A stretch of 64,000 nt of DNA from Nitrospirota bacterium (GTDB lineage: Bacteria; Nitrospirota; Thermodesulfovibrionia; Thermodesulfovibrionales; JdFR-86), in the NCBI GenBank assembly GCA_963721805.1, contig CAVRJY010000002.1:512001-576000 (forward strand), written 5' to 3'. Of this stretch, positions 27,395-36,710 are shown piece by piece. Position numbers and translations under genes: made by a program. The notes beneath the pieces were generated by a model. That model searched no databases. It worked only from the letters and a program-made list of their open reading frames with translations, and was not told where the DNA came from. Within the stretch, counting starts at the first letter, position 1; each line of letters begins with the position of its first letter.

Positions 27395-28084
27395 TCAGTA
27401 CACCACCTTTACCGTGTTTTCGTCCACCAGTATCCCGGTGACCACCCTGTCTGAGGAGGCGTTCTTGACCTTGACCGGCGAGCCGATCCTGGCGTCCTCC
27501 CAGAGAGTCCCTGCGGCAGTGATCTTAAGGCCGTCGGTTATGGCAACGATGTCCACCTTGCAGCCCCGCTTGCGCATCTCATTGCTCGGAGGGGCGATCA
27601 TGTCCTCGGTAAGCGGCCGCCCGGCCCCGATCGGGCGCGACAGCGGCATCCCGACAACCTGGCCCATGTCGTGCATCGTGCCGGGCTGCAGTTTCGAGAC
27701 GTCCGCGCTGCTGAGGTATACCTCGTCCTGCTCTATCAGGTGCCCCTTTCGCATCGGGTAACGCGGTATGATGACAGTTTCGAAGGCGCGCACCTCGGCA
27801 GTCGCCCTGATCTCGGCCGAATGCTTGAAATACAGCACGAAGGTCGCGACGCCCGGAGGCGGGGTTTCCTGCGATATGCGCGAAGGGGCCTCGGCCGGGG
27901 CCTCGGCGCTGAGCCTTACGTTGTGCACCTCGGCGTCGCGCCAGTGGTAATTTGCGAGCACATAGGAGCGCAGCGCCTCCCCGGCGTTCCACTCCGAGGC
28001 GGATGCCGGGCTGTACGATGTGGTTAATACGAGCGCGGCCGCTGCCAGCACTCCCGCCATAAGGATCCGCTTCATCGCTATCAC
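27395..28084 (-). CDS. flgA: P-ring assembly chaperone
   Basis: Signal peptide, SAF-like domain, G....D..IG..V.V.N.SS.RVV.G. Confidence 0.9.
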   Translation of the reverse strand: MIAMKRILMAGVLAAAALVLTTSYSPASASEWNAGEALRSYVLANYHWRDAEVHNVRLSAEAPAEAPSRISQETPPPGVATFVLYFKHSAEIRATAEVRAFETVIIPRYPMRKGHLIEQDEVYLSSADVSKLQPGTMHDMGQVVGMPLSRPIGAGRPLTEDMIAPPSNEMRKRGCKVDIVAITDGLKITAAGTLWEDARIGSPVKVKNASSDRVVTGILVDENTVKVVY

Positions 28085-28875
28085 CTCTTAAGTGAGTTGA
28101 CCACGTTAAGGAGGGCGTCGGCCGTCTGCACGCTTTTTGAGTTGGCCTCGTACGCCCTCTGCCCTACGATAAGGCCTATCATCTCCTCTACAATATCCAC
28201 GTTGGACGACTCCAGGTAGCCTTCTTCGAGTTTGCCCATGCCGTTTAAGTCCGGGGTGCTCAGCGTCGGCGTGCCGGAACTCGCGGTCTCGGTAAACAGG
28301 TTCTTGCCCATCGCCAGGAGCCCGGCCGGGTTTATGAAATTCGCAAGCTGGATCTGCCCGACATTGGTCGGCGTCACGGCCCCCTGTGTGAGTACCGATA
28401 CCGTCCCGTCGCTGCCGATCGTGACCTGAGTGGCGTCGGGCGGGATGGTGATGCTCGGGCTCAACAGCAGTCCCTCGGCGTTTACGAGGTTGCCGGTGGC
28501 GTTGAGCTTGAACGACCCGTCGCGCGTATAGGCTATGGTGCCGTCGGCCTGCGTAATCTGGAAAAACCCTTCGCCCTCTATCGCCAGGTCCAGCGGGTTT
28601 CCGGTGTTTACTATATCGCCCTGCAGGAATTCCTTCTGCACGGAGGACGGGGTCACGCCCAGGCCGACCTGCATGCCGGTGGGGTAGCGTGCGTCGGTGG
28701 CGGAGTTCGATACCGCGCCCGGAAATTTTTTGTCCTGATACAGGAGGTCTTCGAACTCGGCGCGGCTCTTTTTAAAGCCGGTCGTCGAAGTGTTCGCGAG
28801 GTTGTTGGATATTACGTCAATGTTCAGCTGCTGGGCCGACATGCCCGATGCGCCTATGAACAATGCCCTGATCAT
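28081..28875 (-). CDS. flgG: Distal rod protein
   Basis: MIRAL...ASGM.AQQ, EFEDLLYQ, YTRDGSF, LESSNV. Confidence 0.97.
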   Translation of the reverse strand: MIRALFIGASGMSAQQLNIDVISNNLANTSTTGFKKSRAEFEDLLYQDKKFPGAVSNSATDARYPTGMQVGLGVTPSSVQKEFLQGDIVNTGNPLDLAIEGEGFFQITQADGTIAYTRDGSFKLNATGNLVNAEGLLLSPSITIPPDATQVTIGSDGTVSVLTQGAVTPTNVGQIQLANFINPAGLLAMGKNLFTETASSGTPTLSTPDLNGMGKLEEGYLESSNVDIVEEMIGLIVGQRAYEANSKSVQTADALLNVVNSLKR

Positions 28876-28894
28876 CTATCGTCCTCCCTTTTGA

Positions 28895-29617
28895 CTACGC
28901 CCGGGCCAGATCGTTCGTGATCTTTGACGCGGAGCTGTCGAAGCTGCTTATGACGCCCTGAAAGGATTCGAACTCCCGCTGGGCGGTTATCATCTTCATC
29001 ATCTCCGAGACCGCGTTTACGTTTGAGGCCTCGAGGAACCCCTGTTTGACGTCGGGCGTATCGACAACGGTCTCGGGCGGGGTGTCGGACGTGAAATCCA
29101 CGCCTCCAGCCCGCTTCAGGGCCATGGGGTTGTCGAACTTTACGACCTTGATCTTGTCGACTACCTTTCCGCCCACCGATACCGAGCCGTCCGGCCCGAT
29201 GCTCACCGCACCGGTAGCAGCGCTCAGGTTTATCGCACCGCCCTGGCCCTGCACCTGCCGGCCTTTCTGGTCGACGACGTTGCCCTGTGAGTCGACCGTG
29301 AAGTTCCCGTTTCTTGTATAGAGGTCTCCCTCTATAGAGAAAAACCCGTCGCCGTTAATGGCCACATCCAGAGTATTGCCGGTATGTATCATCTCGCCTG
29401 AGCTGAAGTCCGTCGTAACGCTGCCCATCTGGGCCATCGTCCTGCCGTCGGAGATCGCGCCCGGAGCGGTGTCGGACTGCATGAGGTAGTCCTCAAACGA
29501 GACATCGTCGCGCTTGTATCCCGTCGTGCTCACGTTGGCGAGGTTCTGCGCTATGGTGTCGATCTGCCTGTCGCGGAGCACCATGCCTGAGACCGCTATG
29601 TAGATTCCCTTGTACAT
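28895..29617 (-). CDS. flgF: Proximal rod protein
   Basis: MYKGIYIAVSGM, NLANVST.GYK, YTRNGNF, LEASNVN; start reassigned to ATG 29617. Confidence 0.9.
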   Translation of the reverse strand: MYKGIYIAVSGMVLRDRQIDTIAQNLANVSTTGYKRDDVSFEDYLMQSDTAPGAISDGRTMAQMGSVTTDFSSGEMIHTGNTLDVAINGDGFFSIEGDLYTRNGNFTVDSQGNVVDQKGRQVQGQGGAINLSAATGAVSIGPDGSVSVGGKVVDKIKVVKFDNPMALKRAGGVDFTSDTPPETVVDTPDVKQGFLEASNVNAVSEMMKMITAQREFESFQGVISSFDSSASKITNDLARA

Positions 29618-29633
29618 GTCCGCCACGGACTGA

Positions 29634-29649
29634 TGCAAGTTCGATGCCA
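29634..29649 (-). promoter_or_regulatory. Sigma54 (-24/-12) promoter of the flgF operon
   Basis: TGGCATCGAACTTGCA: exact GG-N10-GC spacing. Confidence 0.85.
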
Positions 29650-29782
29650 TGATTGCCAGTACGCTGCAGCAAGATAATGATGACGGCACCGGAACGGCCC
29701 GGAAGCCTCCAGAGCGGGTTTGGCCGGGATCCAGCGCGGGGGCGTCTTTGGATGGGGTGGGCTGAGGCACAGCGGCCGGATG

Positions 29783-29805
29783 AAAAAAATTCCCCCGAAG
29801 GAGAA
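29783..29805 (-). terminator. Intrinsic terminator
   Basis: UUCUCC-UUCG-GGGGAA followed by U7, just after the stop at 29810. Confidence 0.8.
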
Positions 29806-29809
29806 AATC

Positions 29810-30184
29810 TTACTTGTCGATAGTCAGGATCAGCTCGATCTCGCCCCGGGGTATGTCAAGGATCCCTGCGATATCGTCAATTTTCAGACCCTTGCGTGCG
29901 AGGTTGCGGACCTCGCGGTATTTCGGGTCCAGGTCGAGCCCGGCTGAGGGCCTCAGGTTTTCGGCCCGCGCGAGCATCCTCTCGAGGGCCTCGCGCTTTT
30001 CGTCCACGCGCTTCTCTATCGCGGCGAGTTCCTTCATCTTGCGGTCGAGGCGGCGGAATATCTTTTCGGCTATCTCGGCGGCCTCCGAGACCTCGAGCGT
30101 CAGGCTCTCGCTCTCGGCCTGGGGAGCCGAGCCGGCCCTTGCGGCGGGCTTGGTGCCAATCCCCTTTAGGAGTTTCTTAAGCAT
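29810..30184 (-). CDS. Flagellar-cluster-associated coiled-coil/HTH protein (DUF2802/DUF6115-like)
   Basis: Coiled coil, then YREV..LARKGL.IDDIA..LDIPRGEIELIL. Confidence 0.6.
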   Translation of the reverse strand: MLKKLLKGIGTKPAARAGSAPQAESESLTLEVSEAAEIAEKIFRRLDRKMKELAAIEKRVDEKREALERMLARAENLRPSAGLDLDPKYREVRNLARKGLKIDDIAGILDIPRGEIELILTIDK

Positions 30185-30214
30185 AGCTCAATAAATAATA
30201 CCATACCAATGAGC

Positions 30215-30601
30215 CTATCTCTTTATCATAAGCCATTCGTTGCCCTTTGACGGCCTGCCGGGACGCGGGCTCATCTTCACCAGCACGTATGGCCCCTTGA
30301 GCCGTTTGCCCTTGAGCGTGAACTCCAGCTTGCCCTCGTCCACGCTGCCGCCGGTGAGTTCGAACTTTCCGGCATCCCATATCTTGACCGTGCCCGCGCC
30401 GTACTGCCCCGCCGGGATCGTGCCCTCAAACGTGCCGTACTCAATCGGGTGGTCTTCGACGTTCACAGCAAGCCTCCGCTCGCCGGGTGCCTCGGGCGCG
30501 CCCTTCGGGATCGCCCATGAGGCGAGCGCGCCGCCTATCTCGAGCCTGAAGTCGAAGTGGTGGTGGCTTGCGTGGTGTTCGTGCATCACGAAGACCGGCA
30601 T
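30215..30601 (-). CDS. Stand-alone LigD-type DNA 3'-phosphoesterase module
   Basis: H.A...HFDFRLE, SWAIPKG, RRLAV.VEDHP..Y..FEG.IP.G.YGAG.V.IWD.G. Confidence 0.92.
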   Translation of the reverse strand: MPVFVMHEHHASHHHFDFRLEIGGALASWAIPKGAPEAPGERRLAVNVEDHPIEYGTFEGTIPAGQYGAGTVKIWDAGKFELTGGSVDEGKLEFTLKGKRLKGPYVLVKMSPRPGRPSKGNEWLMIKR

Positions 30602-30605
30602 GTTG

Positions 30606-30783
30606 GAACCTATCTCAAAATTTCTTTCGGCTGCAAGAGGCCGAAATCGCGGCATACGGCGTCATCGGGACGAAAAACGTCCTCAATGTGGCGCTGCCAC
30701 ACCTCCGGGCGTTTTCCGCCCGTTTCCTTATCTGCCACGATTTCTCCTCTCTTTCGCTTCGAAATAAATTTTGACATAGGTTC
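30606..30783. mobile_element. MITE-like non-autonomous element (178 bp)
   Basis: Terminal inverted repeats GAACCTATCTCAAAATTTCTTTCG / CGAAATAAATTTTGACATAGGTTC (22 of 24 complementary), several internal hairpins, no credible ORF. Confidence 0.7.
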
Positions 30784-31504
30784 AGCGTTCCCTCATTACC
30801 TTCAGCGAGAACAGGAGCACCGTGCCAAGGGTGAATAGCAGGCCTCCGGCCAGCGCCCATGGCGCCCCGGGGTCGCGGTGGACCTCGATCAGGCAGGCCA
30901 TGCCTCCTGTTTCGGCGGGCTCGATGCTCTTTAGGTATACGCCGAAGCCGTCATAGAAAGACGGCTTGTTGGGCGCGATCGTTGCAGTTTGAAGCAGCCC
31001 CCCGCGCAGCCCGAGGAAGTCCACCCTGGCGCTGTAATCGGTGGGGTAGCCCTGGGGCGCAAACGATACGTCCACGTCCCGGAGCCTTATGGCAAGGTCT
31101 CGCGTGATGCCGAGCGTCGAGCCCTCGGCCGCCATCGCGGTGCCCTTGAAGCTGGCCCACGAGCTTATCAAATGGGCCAGCAGCATGAGGATCAGGCCCA
31201 TGTGTATGATCTGCGGCGATATGACGAGGGGCCAGCGCGCGCCCGGCTTTTTGCGCAGCAGCGAGCGTGCGCTGCACAGAACCGTGTTGACCGCGAGCGC
31301 GCCTATTATCGCGACCGACAGCCATAGCCACCACGTTGCGCCGGGGCCGCTCGCGAGCATCCACCGCAGCAACGGCATCTCGTTCATCGACTCTGTGCTC
31401 ATCGTGAACGAACCGGCGGCCATAACCACCGCCAGCGCCCCCAGGATCCATAGCGCCGTCTCGGTCAGGAAAAGCGATTCCCACAATTTCTGCAGCATGG
31501 CCAT
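30782..31504 (-). CDS. ResB-like cytochrome c biogenesis protein (short)
   Basis: Four TM segments, N..LC, Q.IH.G.IL..LAHL, I.PN.P, RDPG.PW. Confidence 0.75.
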   Translation of the reverse strand: MAMLQKLWESLFLTETALWILGALAVVMAAGSFTMSTESMNEMPLLRWMLASGPGATWWLWLSVAIIGALAVNTVLCSARSLLRKKPGARWPLVISPQIIHMGLILMLLAHLISSWASFKGTAMAAEGSTLGITRDLAIRLRDVDVSFAPQGYPTDYSARVDFLGLRGGLLQTATIAPNKPSFYDGFGVYLKSIEPAETGGMACLIEVHRDPGAPWALAGGLLFTLGTVLLFSLKVMRER

Positions 31505-31627
31505 ATTATATCCGATTGCAGGAGATCCCGAAATTGACATTTTTGTCACATGATGATATTTGTTTGCTTAGGCGATAGGGTTAAGGCTCTAAACAGCAAA
31601 CGGCTTAAATATCAAAGGAGAATTAGG

Positions 31628-32944
31628 ATGAGAAGGATTTTTTTATTGGGGGTTTTGGTTTTGTTTGCCGTGACTGTCATGTCCAACACCTCAAGCGCCG
31701 CTTCGAAGAAGGCTAAAAAGGCGGACGCGGCGAGCGATAACGCAGTGCGCATGGTGGAAGAGGGCAGGCAGACATTCCGCTTCGATACCTTCGGGGACGA
31801 GGCGTTCTGGGGGGATCTTCTAAAGCTGCATCAGGCTATCGCAGGCAGCAAAAACGGCGGAGTCGGCGGTGGCGTAAGCCCGAAAACCGCTTTGGCAGTG
31901 GGCTTGAAGGTCGATATGGACGCACTGCCCGCCAGTCTCGTCAAGAGCCTGAAGGCCGGCAAGGTCGACCTCGAGGACCCGGCCACCACGCTCGCCCTGC
32001 TTAAGTTGAATTCGGTAGTCGGTGTCAAAGGGGTCTTTGACTCAAAGGGTGACCTTGTATCGATGGGTATCACCTGCGCCTTTTGCCATTCCACGGTAGA
32101 CGATGCATTCGCACCCGGCATAGGCCATCGCCTTGACGGCTGGCCCAACCGCGACCTCAACGTAGGAGCCATAGCATCGCTCGCCCCCAACCTCGAACCT
32201 GTCGCGAAGCGCCTGCACACGGATGTGGAGACCGTGAAGAAAGTATTCGCGAGCTGGGGCCCGGGCAAGTACGATGCAGAGCTGCTCGAAGACGGCAAGG
32301 CCTTCAGGCCTGACGGAAAATCAGCGGCCACGCTTCTGCCCGCAGCCTTCGGCCTTGCGGGGGTGAACCTCCATACGTATAGCGGATGGGGGTCTGTCAC
32401 CCACTGGAACGCATACGTCGCCAACACCCAGATGCACGGCAAGGGGACGTTTTACGATCCACGCATGAACGATCCGGCAAAATACCCGATAGCGGTCGAG
32501 AACAAGGATTGGAACATTCGCTCTAATCCGGATATGGTCACTTCAAAACTTGCAGCGCTGCATTTCTATCAGCTTGCCCTCGCGGCGCCTACCGCGCCCA
32601 AGGGAAGCTTCAATAAGGACGCCGCTGCCCGCGGGGAGAGGATTTTCACGGGAAAAGCAGACTGTGCAAGGTGCCACGTCCCGCCGATCTATACCGAGCC
32701 GGGCTATAACATGCATAAGCCGATGGAGATAGGTACGGACGACTTCCAGGCGATGCGGTCCCCCGACGTGATGTACAGGACGACCCCGCTCAAAGGGCTC
32801 TGGGCCCATCAAAAAGGCGGTTTTTACCATGATGGCCGCTTTGCCACACTGCTGGAAGTCGTCAATCATTACGATGGCATATTCATCCTGAAGCTTAGCG
32901 ATCAGGACAAGACCGATCTGGTCGAGTTCCTCAAATCACTTTAG
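31628..32944 (+). CDS. Exported di-heme c-type cytochrome, bCcP/MauG-superfamily-like
   Basis: Signal peptide; CAFCH and CARCH; C-terminal YRTTPLKGLW...FYHDGRFATL.EVV.HY and DLVEFLKSL. Confidence 0.75.
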   Translation: MRRIFLLGVLVLFAVTVMSNTSSAASKKAKKADAASDNAVRMVEEGRQTFRFDTFGDEAFWGDLLKLHQAIAGSKNGGVGGGVSPKTALAVGLKVDMDALPASLVKSLKAGKVDLEDPATTLALLKLNSVVGVKGVFDSKGDLVSMGITCAFCHSTVDDAFAPGIGHRLDGWPNRDLNVGAIASLAPNLEPVAKRLHTDVETVKKVFASWGPGKYDAELLEDGKAFRPDGKSAATLLPAAFGLAGVNLHTYSGWGSVTHWNAYVANTQMHGKGTFYDPRMNDPAKYPIAVENKDWNIRSNPDMVTSKLAALHFYQLALAAPTAPKGSFNKDAAARGERIFTGKADCARCHVPPIYTEPGYNMHKPMEIGTDDFQAMRSPDVMYRTTPLKGLWAHQKGGFYHDGRFATLLEVVNHYDGIFILKLSDQDKTDLVEFLKSL

Positions 32945-32954
32945 TCAGCGCTAT

Positions 32955-33004
32955 CCCATATACACCCTCCCGATCAGAGGGGGAGGGTGTATATGGGGTT
33001 TTTC
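32955..33004 (+). terminator. Intrinsic terminator
   Basis: Perfect 17-bp stem CCCATATACACCCTCCC / GGGAGGGTGTATATGGG followed by a T-tract. Confidence 0.9.
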
Positions 33005-33061
33005 ATTTCCGGCGCTTGAGATTCCTTGCAAAACCCGGCAGTTCTGTTATTCAATAGTGAC

Positions 33062-34360
33062 ATGGCGGATAAAGTGATGGTCACGGTGGCTGAGGACCAC
33101 TTAAAGGAGCTCGAAAGAAAAGTCGAGGACCTCAAGACTCATATGGAAATCTCCTCAATCATTTCCTCCACGCTCGACCTCGATGAGCTGATGAACATCG
33201 TAATGGAGCGGGCCAAGGCCGAGATGGATGCCGAGGCGTGCTCGATCCTCTTCTATAACAAGGAGACGAACAAGCTCGAGTTCGAGGTCGCGATGTGCGA
33301 TGAGCGGCTGTGTTCGGATACCCTTAAAAAGAAGATAATGCTGGATATCAGCGAGGGTATCGCGGGCTGGGTCGCGAGAAACCGCGAACCTCTCTTCGTC
33401 GAGGACGTGCGGGCCGACAGCCGTTTCTATCGGGGCGCGGACAATATGACAGGCTTTAATACAAAAAGCCTCATAGCCGTCCCGCTCATCGGCCGGGGAG
33501 GTCTGATAGGGGTAGTCGAGGTTATCAACCCCAGGAATAAAGACTACAACATGTGGATATTCCGCCTGCTCTGCCGGCAGTTCGCCATCTCGATAGAGAA
33601 CTCCCTTTTTCACCGGGATTCCATTGCGCGCGAGCGGGTTCGGCAGGAACTCGAGATAGCCGCTGCGGTGCAGAAGAGTTTCCTGCCCGACTCGCCGGTC
33701 TTCGAGGTCGGCGATCTTAAGGTATCCGCAATAAATATCTCGGCCGCACAGGTCGGGGGCGACGTTTATGACTTTGTCCTCTCCGCTGACGGAAAGGCGG
33801 GCGTGCTGATCGGCGACGTCTCGGGCAAAGGGGTATCGGGCGCGCTATATATGGCGAAGGCGATCAGCGATTTCCGTTATATCGCCCGCGAGGAGAACTC
33901 GCCAGAGCTGGTCCTTAACCGGCTGAATTGCGTCTTATCGAAATCGCCGAGGGGCATGTTCCTGACCGCGATATATCTCATGCTGGATCCGGCCACCGGC
34001 GATGTCACCGCTGCCGCTGCAGGGCATCCGCCCATCTTATGGCTGACCTCAAACGAAGTGAAGGTCCTGTCGGTCCCCTCGGGGCCGCCCCTGGGCATAC
34101 TGCCGACTGAATACCCTGCAACGACATTCAGGCTGGAAAGGGGTGACAGGCTAATTCTGCTAACCGACGGCGTATTCGACGCAAAAAACAAAGCAGGCCA
34201 GCGGTTGGGGTTCGACTCGGTCGTGGCGTTTGTCAGGCAGCACATTGAGGACCCTGAGATCCTCGAGGCCATCACCGGGTATGTGGACGATTTCTCGCAT
34301 GGGACAGAGAGGGCGGACGACCTCACGCTCCTGGAGCTTCGGTGGGGGAAGCCCGAGTGA
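33062..34360 (+). CDS. GAF + PP2C/SpoIIE phosphatase (RsbU-like)
   Basis: GAF (GIAGWVA, SLIAVPL); GGDVYD, IGDVSGKG, AGHP, TDGV, DDLT. Confidence 0.93.
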   Translation: MADKVMVTVAEDHLKELERKVEDLKTHMEISSIISSTLDLDELMNIVMERAKAEMDAEACSILFYNKETNKLEFEVAMCDERLCSDTLKKKIMLDISEGIAGWVARNREPLFVEDVRADSRFYRGADNMTGFNTKSLIAVPLIGRGGLIGVVEVINPRNKDYNMWIFRLLCRQFAISIENSLFHRDSIARERVRQELEIAAAVQKSFLPDSPVFEVGDLKVSAINISAAQVGGDVYDFVLSADGKAGVLIGDVSGKGVSGALYMAKAISDFRYIAREENSPELVLNRLNCVLSKSPRGMFLTAIYLMLDPATGDVTAAAAGHPPILWLTSNEVKVLSVPSGPPLGILPTEYPATTFRLERGDRLILLTDGVFDAKNKAGQRLGFDSVVAFVRQHIEDPEILEAITGYVDDFSHGTERADDLTLLELRWGKPE

Positions 34361-34779
34361 AGGATTCAGTCGCCGTGTCCATACCGTCGCACCCGAAGTA
34401 CCTCTCGGTGGTCCGGGACGTCGTCGAAAGGATGGCCGGCATAAACGGGATCTCCGAGAAAACGGCCTGGGACCTGAAACTCGCCGTGGATGAGGCCTGT
34501 TCAAACGTCATCAAGCATGCCTACCATGGAGACACGGGACAGAAGATTCTGATAAAATTCAAGATCACGCCGAAGAGATTCATGGTGGTCATAGAGGACG
34601 GCGGGACACGGACAGACCCGGCCCTGGTTGAGGGCCGAAGCCTGGCCGATATAAGGCCTGGGGGGTTAGGGGTGCACTTCATAAAGAAGATCTTTGACGT
34701 CTTCGAGTTCGACCAAAAGAAAAGTCGCGGCAACAGGCTGAGGCTCATCAGGCATCTGGAGGGCAGGCGTGGAGATTGA
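34357..34779 (+). CDS. RsbW/SpoIIAB-like Ser kinase (anti-sigma family)
   Basis: LAVDEACSNVIKHAY, I.D.G, GGLGVHFI..IFD; GTG overlaps the upstream stop. Confidence 0.92.
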   Translation: MKDSVAVSIPSHPKYLSVVRDVVERMAGINGISEKTAWDLKLAVDEACSNVIKHAYHGDTGQKILIKFKITPKRFMVVIEDGGTRTDPALVEGRSLADIRPGGLGVHFIKKIFDVFEFDQKKSRGNRLRLIRHLEGRRGD

Positions 34780-35098
34780 GCTGACTGACTACAAGGGGCT
34801 GCACGTTTTCTCCCTCTGCGGCGAGATCGACATGCATTCGTCTCCGGCGTTGAGGAAGCAGCTGATGAGTTTGGTCGGCAGGAAGGTCCCTGTCCTGCTT
34901 GTTAATTTCGCGGGCGTTTCATATATCGACAGCTCCGGGATCGCGACCTTCGTGGAGGGGCTGAAGGGAATGATGTCCTACGGCGGAAGGTTGAAACTCA
35001 TCGGCATCCCGGTCAAGATCGTAGAGGTCTTTACCTTCTCCAGGCTGGACAAGGTGTTCGAGATATACCGGGACCTGGATGATGCCGTCAATAGCTGA
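34769..35098 (+). CDS. STAS protein (RsbV/SpoIIAA-like)
   Basis: GEID, VSYIDSSGIA phospho-acceptor motif, L..VF.I. Confidence 0.93.
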   Translation: MEIELTDYKGLHVFSLCGEIDMHSSPALRKQLMSLVGRKVPVLLVNFAGVSYIDSSGIATFVEGLKGMMSYGGRLKLIGIPVKIVEVFTFSRLDKVFEIYRDLDDAVNS

Positions 35099-35888
35099 CG
35101 GGATATTCGGCCCCGTAGGCAGGAAGGCCCTTGCCCTGCGCAGAGACGTCCACCAGGCGTCAAAGATAATCAACGACACTTTTTACTGGACGTTCGTCTC
35201 TCCGCTGAGGGGCAAAAAGCCGAGGCTCCGGGCCAGCGTTCAGGAGATGGTGAAGGCCGGTTACGACTCAGTCCCGATTGTCGCTGTCATCTCCCTTTTT
35301 GTCGGCATAATCCTCGCGCTTCAGTCCGCTTACCAGCTCAAGAAGGTCGGGGCCCTGATCTACGTCGCCAACATGGTGGGCGTCTCTATAACCCGGGAGA
35401 TTGGGCCGATCATCACCGCCATCATCGTCTCGGGCAGGAGCGGCTCGGCCTATGCGGCCGAGATCGGCTCGATGAAGGCTGCCGAAGAGGTCGACGCGCT
35501 CGTGACCATGGGCATCAATCCCGTGCGGTTTCTGGTATCGCCGAAACTCGTCGCACTGATGGTCATGCTGCCGGCCCTCACGGTGTTTTTTGATTTCATC
35601 GGCATATCAGGAGGATTCCTGATCTCGACTGCTGTGCTCGGGATCCATCCGCACAGCTACTTTCAGCAGACCGTAAATGCCCTGCTCGTAAAGGACATCT
35701 TTACCGGGCTTGTTAAGGCATGGGCCTTCGGCATCGTGATAACCGTCGTGGGGGCCTATCAGGGGTTCAAGGTCGAAGGCGGCGCGGAGGAGGTCGGCAG
35801 GCGGACTACCACGTCGGTCGTGGCCTCGATCTTTCTGGTCATTGTTTTCGATTTCTTCTTTACGACGTTATTTTACTATTTCACATGA
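35079..35888 (+). CDS. mlaE: MCE-system ABC permease
   Basis: REIGPIITAII.SGRSGSA.AAEIGSM...EEVDAL, P..FLV.P, VG..TT.SVV. Confidence 0.93.
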   Translation: MMPSIADGIFGPVGRKALALRRDVHQASKIINDTFYWTFVSPLRGKKPRLRASVQEMVKAGYDSVPIVAVISLFVGIILALQSAYQLKKVGALIYVANMVGVSITREIGPIITAIIVSGRSGSAYAAEIGSMKAAEEVDALVTMGINPVRFLVSPKLVALMVMLPALTVFFDFIGISGGFLISTAVLGIHPHSYFQQTVNALLVKDIFTGLVKAWAFGIVITVVGAYQGFKVEGGAEEVGRRTTTSVVASIFLVIVFDFFFTTLFYYFT

Positions 35889-36673
35889 TGGAAACCGCGA
35901 TTGAGATCATAGGGCTTCAGACCCATTACGGCGACAGGGAGATACTCAGGTGCATATCGACCTCGATCCCCAAGGGGATGACCACGGTCATCCTCGGCGG
36001 AAGCGGGTGCGGCAAGAGCACGCTGCTGAAGCACCTGATCGGCCTGCTCAAGCCTACGAGGGGCAGCATCCTCATGCTCGGCAAGGACATAACCGTGATG
36101 GGCGAGGATGAGCTAAACGGCGTCAGGCAGAGGATGGGCGTGCTGTTTCAGGGTGCGGCGCTCCTTAATTCCATGACGGTCGCTGAAAACGTCGCGCTGC
36201 CGCTTCGGGAGCATACCGAGCTGAACGCCTCGACTATCGATATAATGGTGCGCATGAAACTCGACCTGGTCGGGTTATCAGGGTTCGAAAACTTCTACCC
36301 GTCGCAGCTTTCGGGTGGGATGAAAAAAAGGGCGGGGCTTGCGAGGGCGCTGGCGCTGGACCCGGAATTCCTGTTTTTCGACGAGCCATCTGCCGGTCTG
36401 GACCCCGTGACCGCGGCCGGGCTCGACGAGCTCATCCTGAAGCTCCGCAATGTATTTAAGATTACCATAGTGGTCGTGACCCACGAGCTTCCGAGCGTGT
36501 TTATGATAGCGGACCATATCATCATGCTCGACGGCGGAGAGGTGTTGTTCGCGGGCTCACTCGATGCTCTGAATGCTTCCGAGCATCCGAGGATACGCAT
36601 GTTCCTTGAACGCAGGGCCGAGGAAATCACGTATAGCCCGGATGACTATTTCAGGGTGATTGCAGGGGAATGA
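35885..36673 (+). CDS. mlaF: MCE-system ABC ATPase
   Basis: GGSGCGKS, LFQ..AL, LSGGMKKRAGLARA, DEPSAGLDP, VTHE. Confidence 0.93.
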   Translation: MMETAIEIIGLQTHYGDREILRCISTSIPKGMTTVILGGSGCGKSTLLKHLIGLLKPTRGSILMLGKDITVMGEDELNGVRQRMGVLFQGAALLNSMTVAENVALPLREHTELNASTIDIMVRMKLDLVGLSGFENFYPSQLSGGMKKRAGLARALALDPEFLFFDEPSAGLDPVTAAGLDELILKLRNVFKITIVVVTHELPSVFMIADHIIMLDGGEVLFAGSLDALNASEHPRIRMFLERRAEEITYSPDDYFRVIAGE

Positions 36674-36710
36674 TGAATAAAGGCGAGCAATACGAGGAGG
36701 TATCGGCCGC

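Noticed and set aside
30177..30380. 67-aa ORF as a frameshifted N-terminus of the DUF2802-like gene
   Set aside because: Mostly overlaps the phosphoesterase in another frame, and the hydrophobic stretch is too short for a TM helix.
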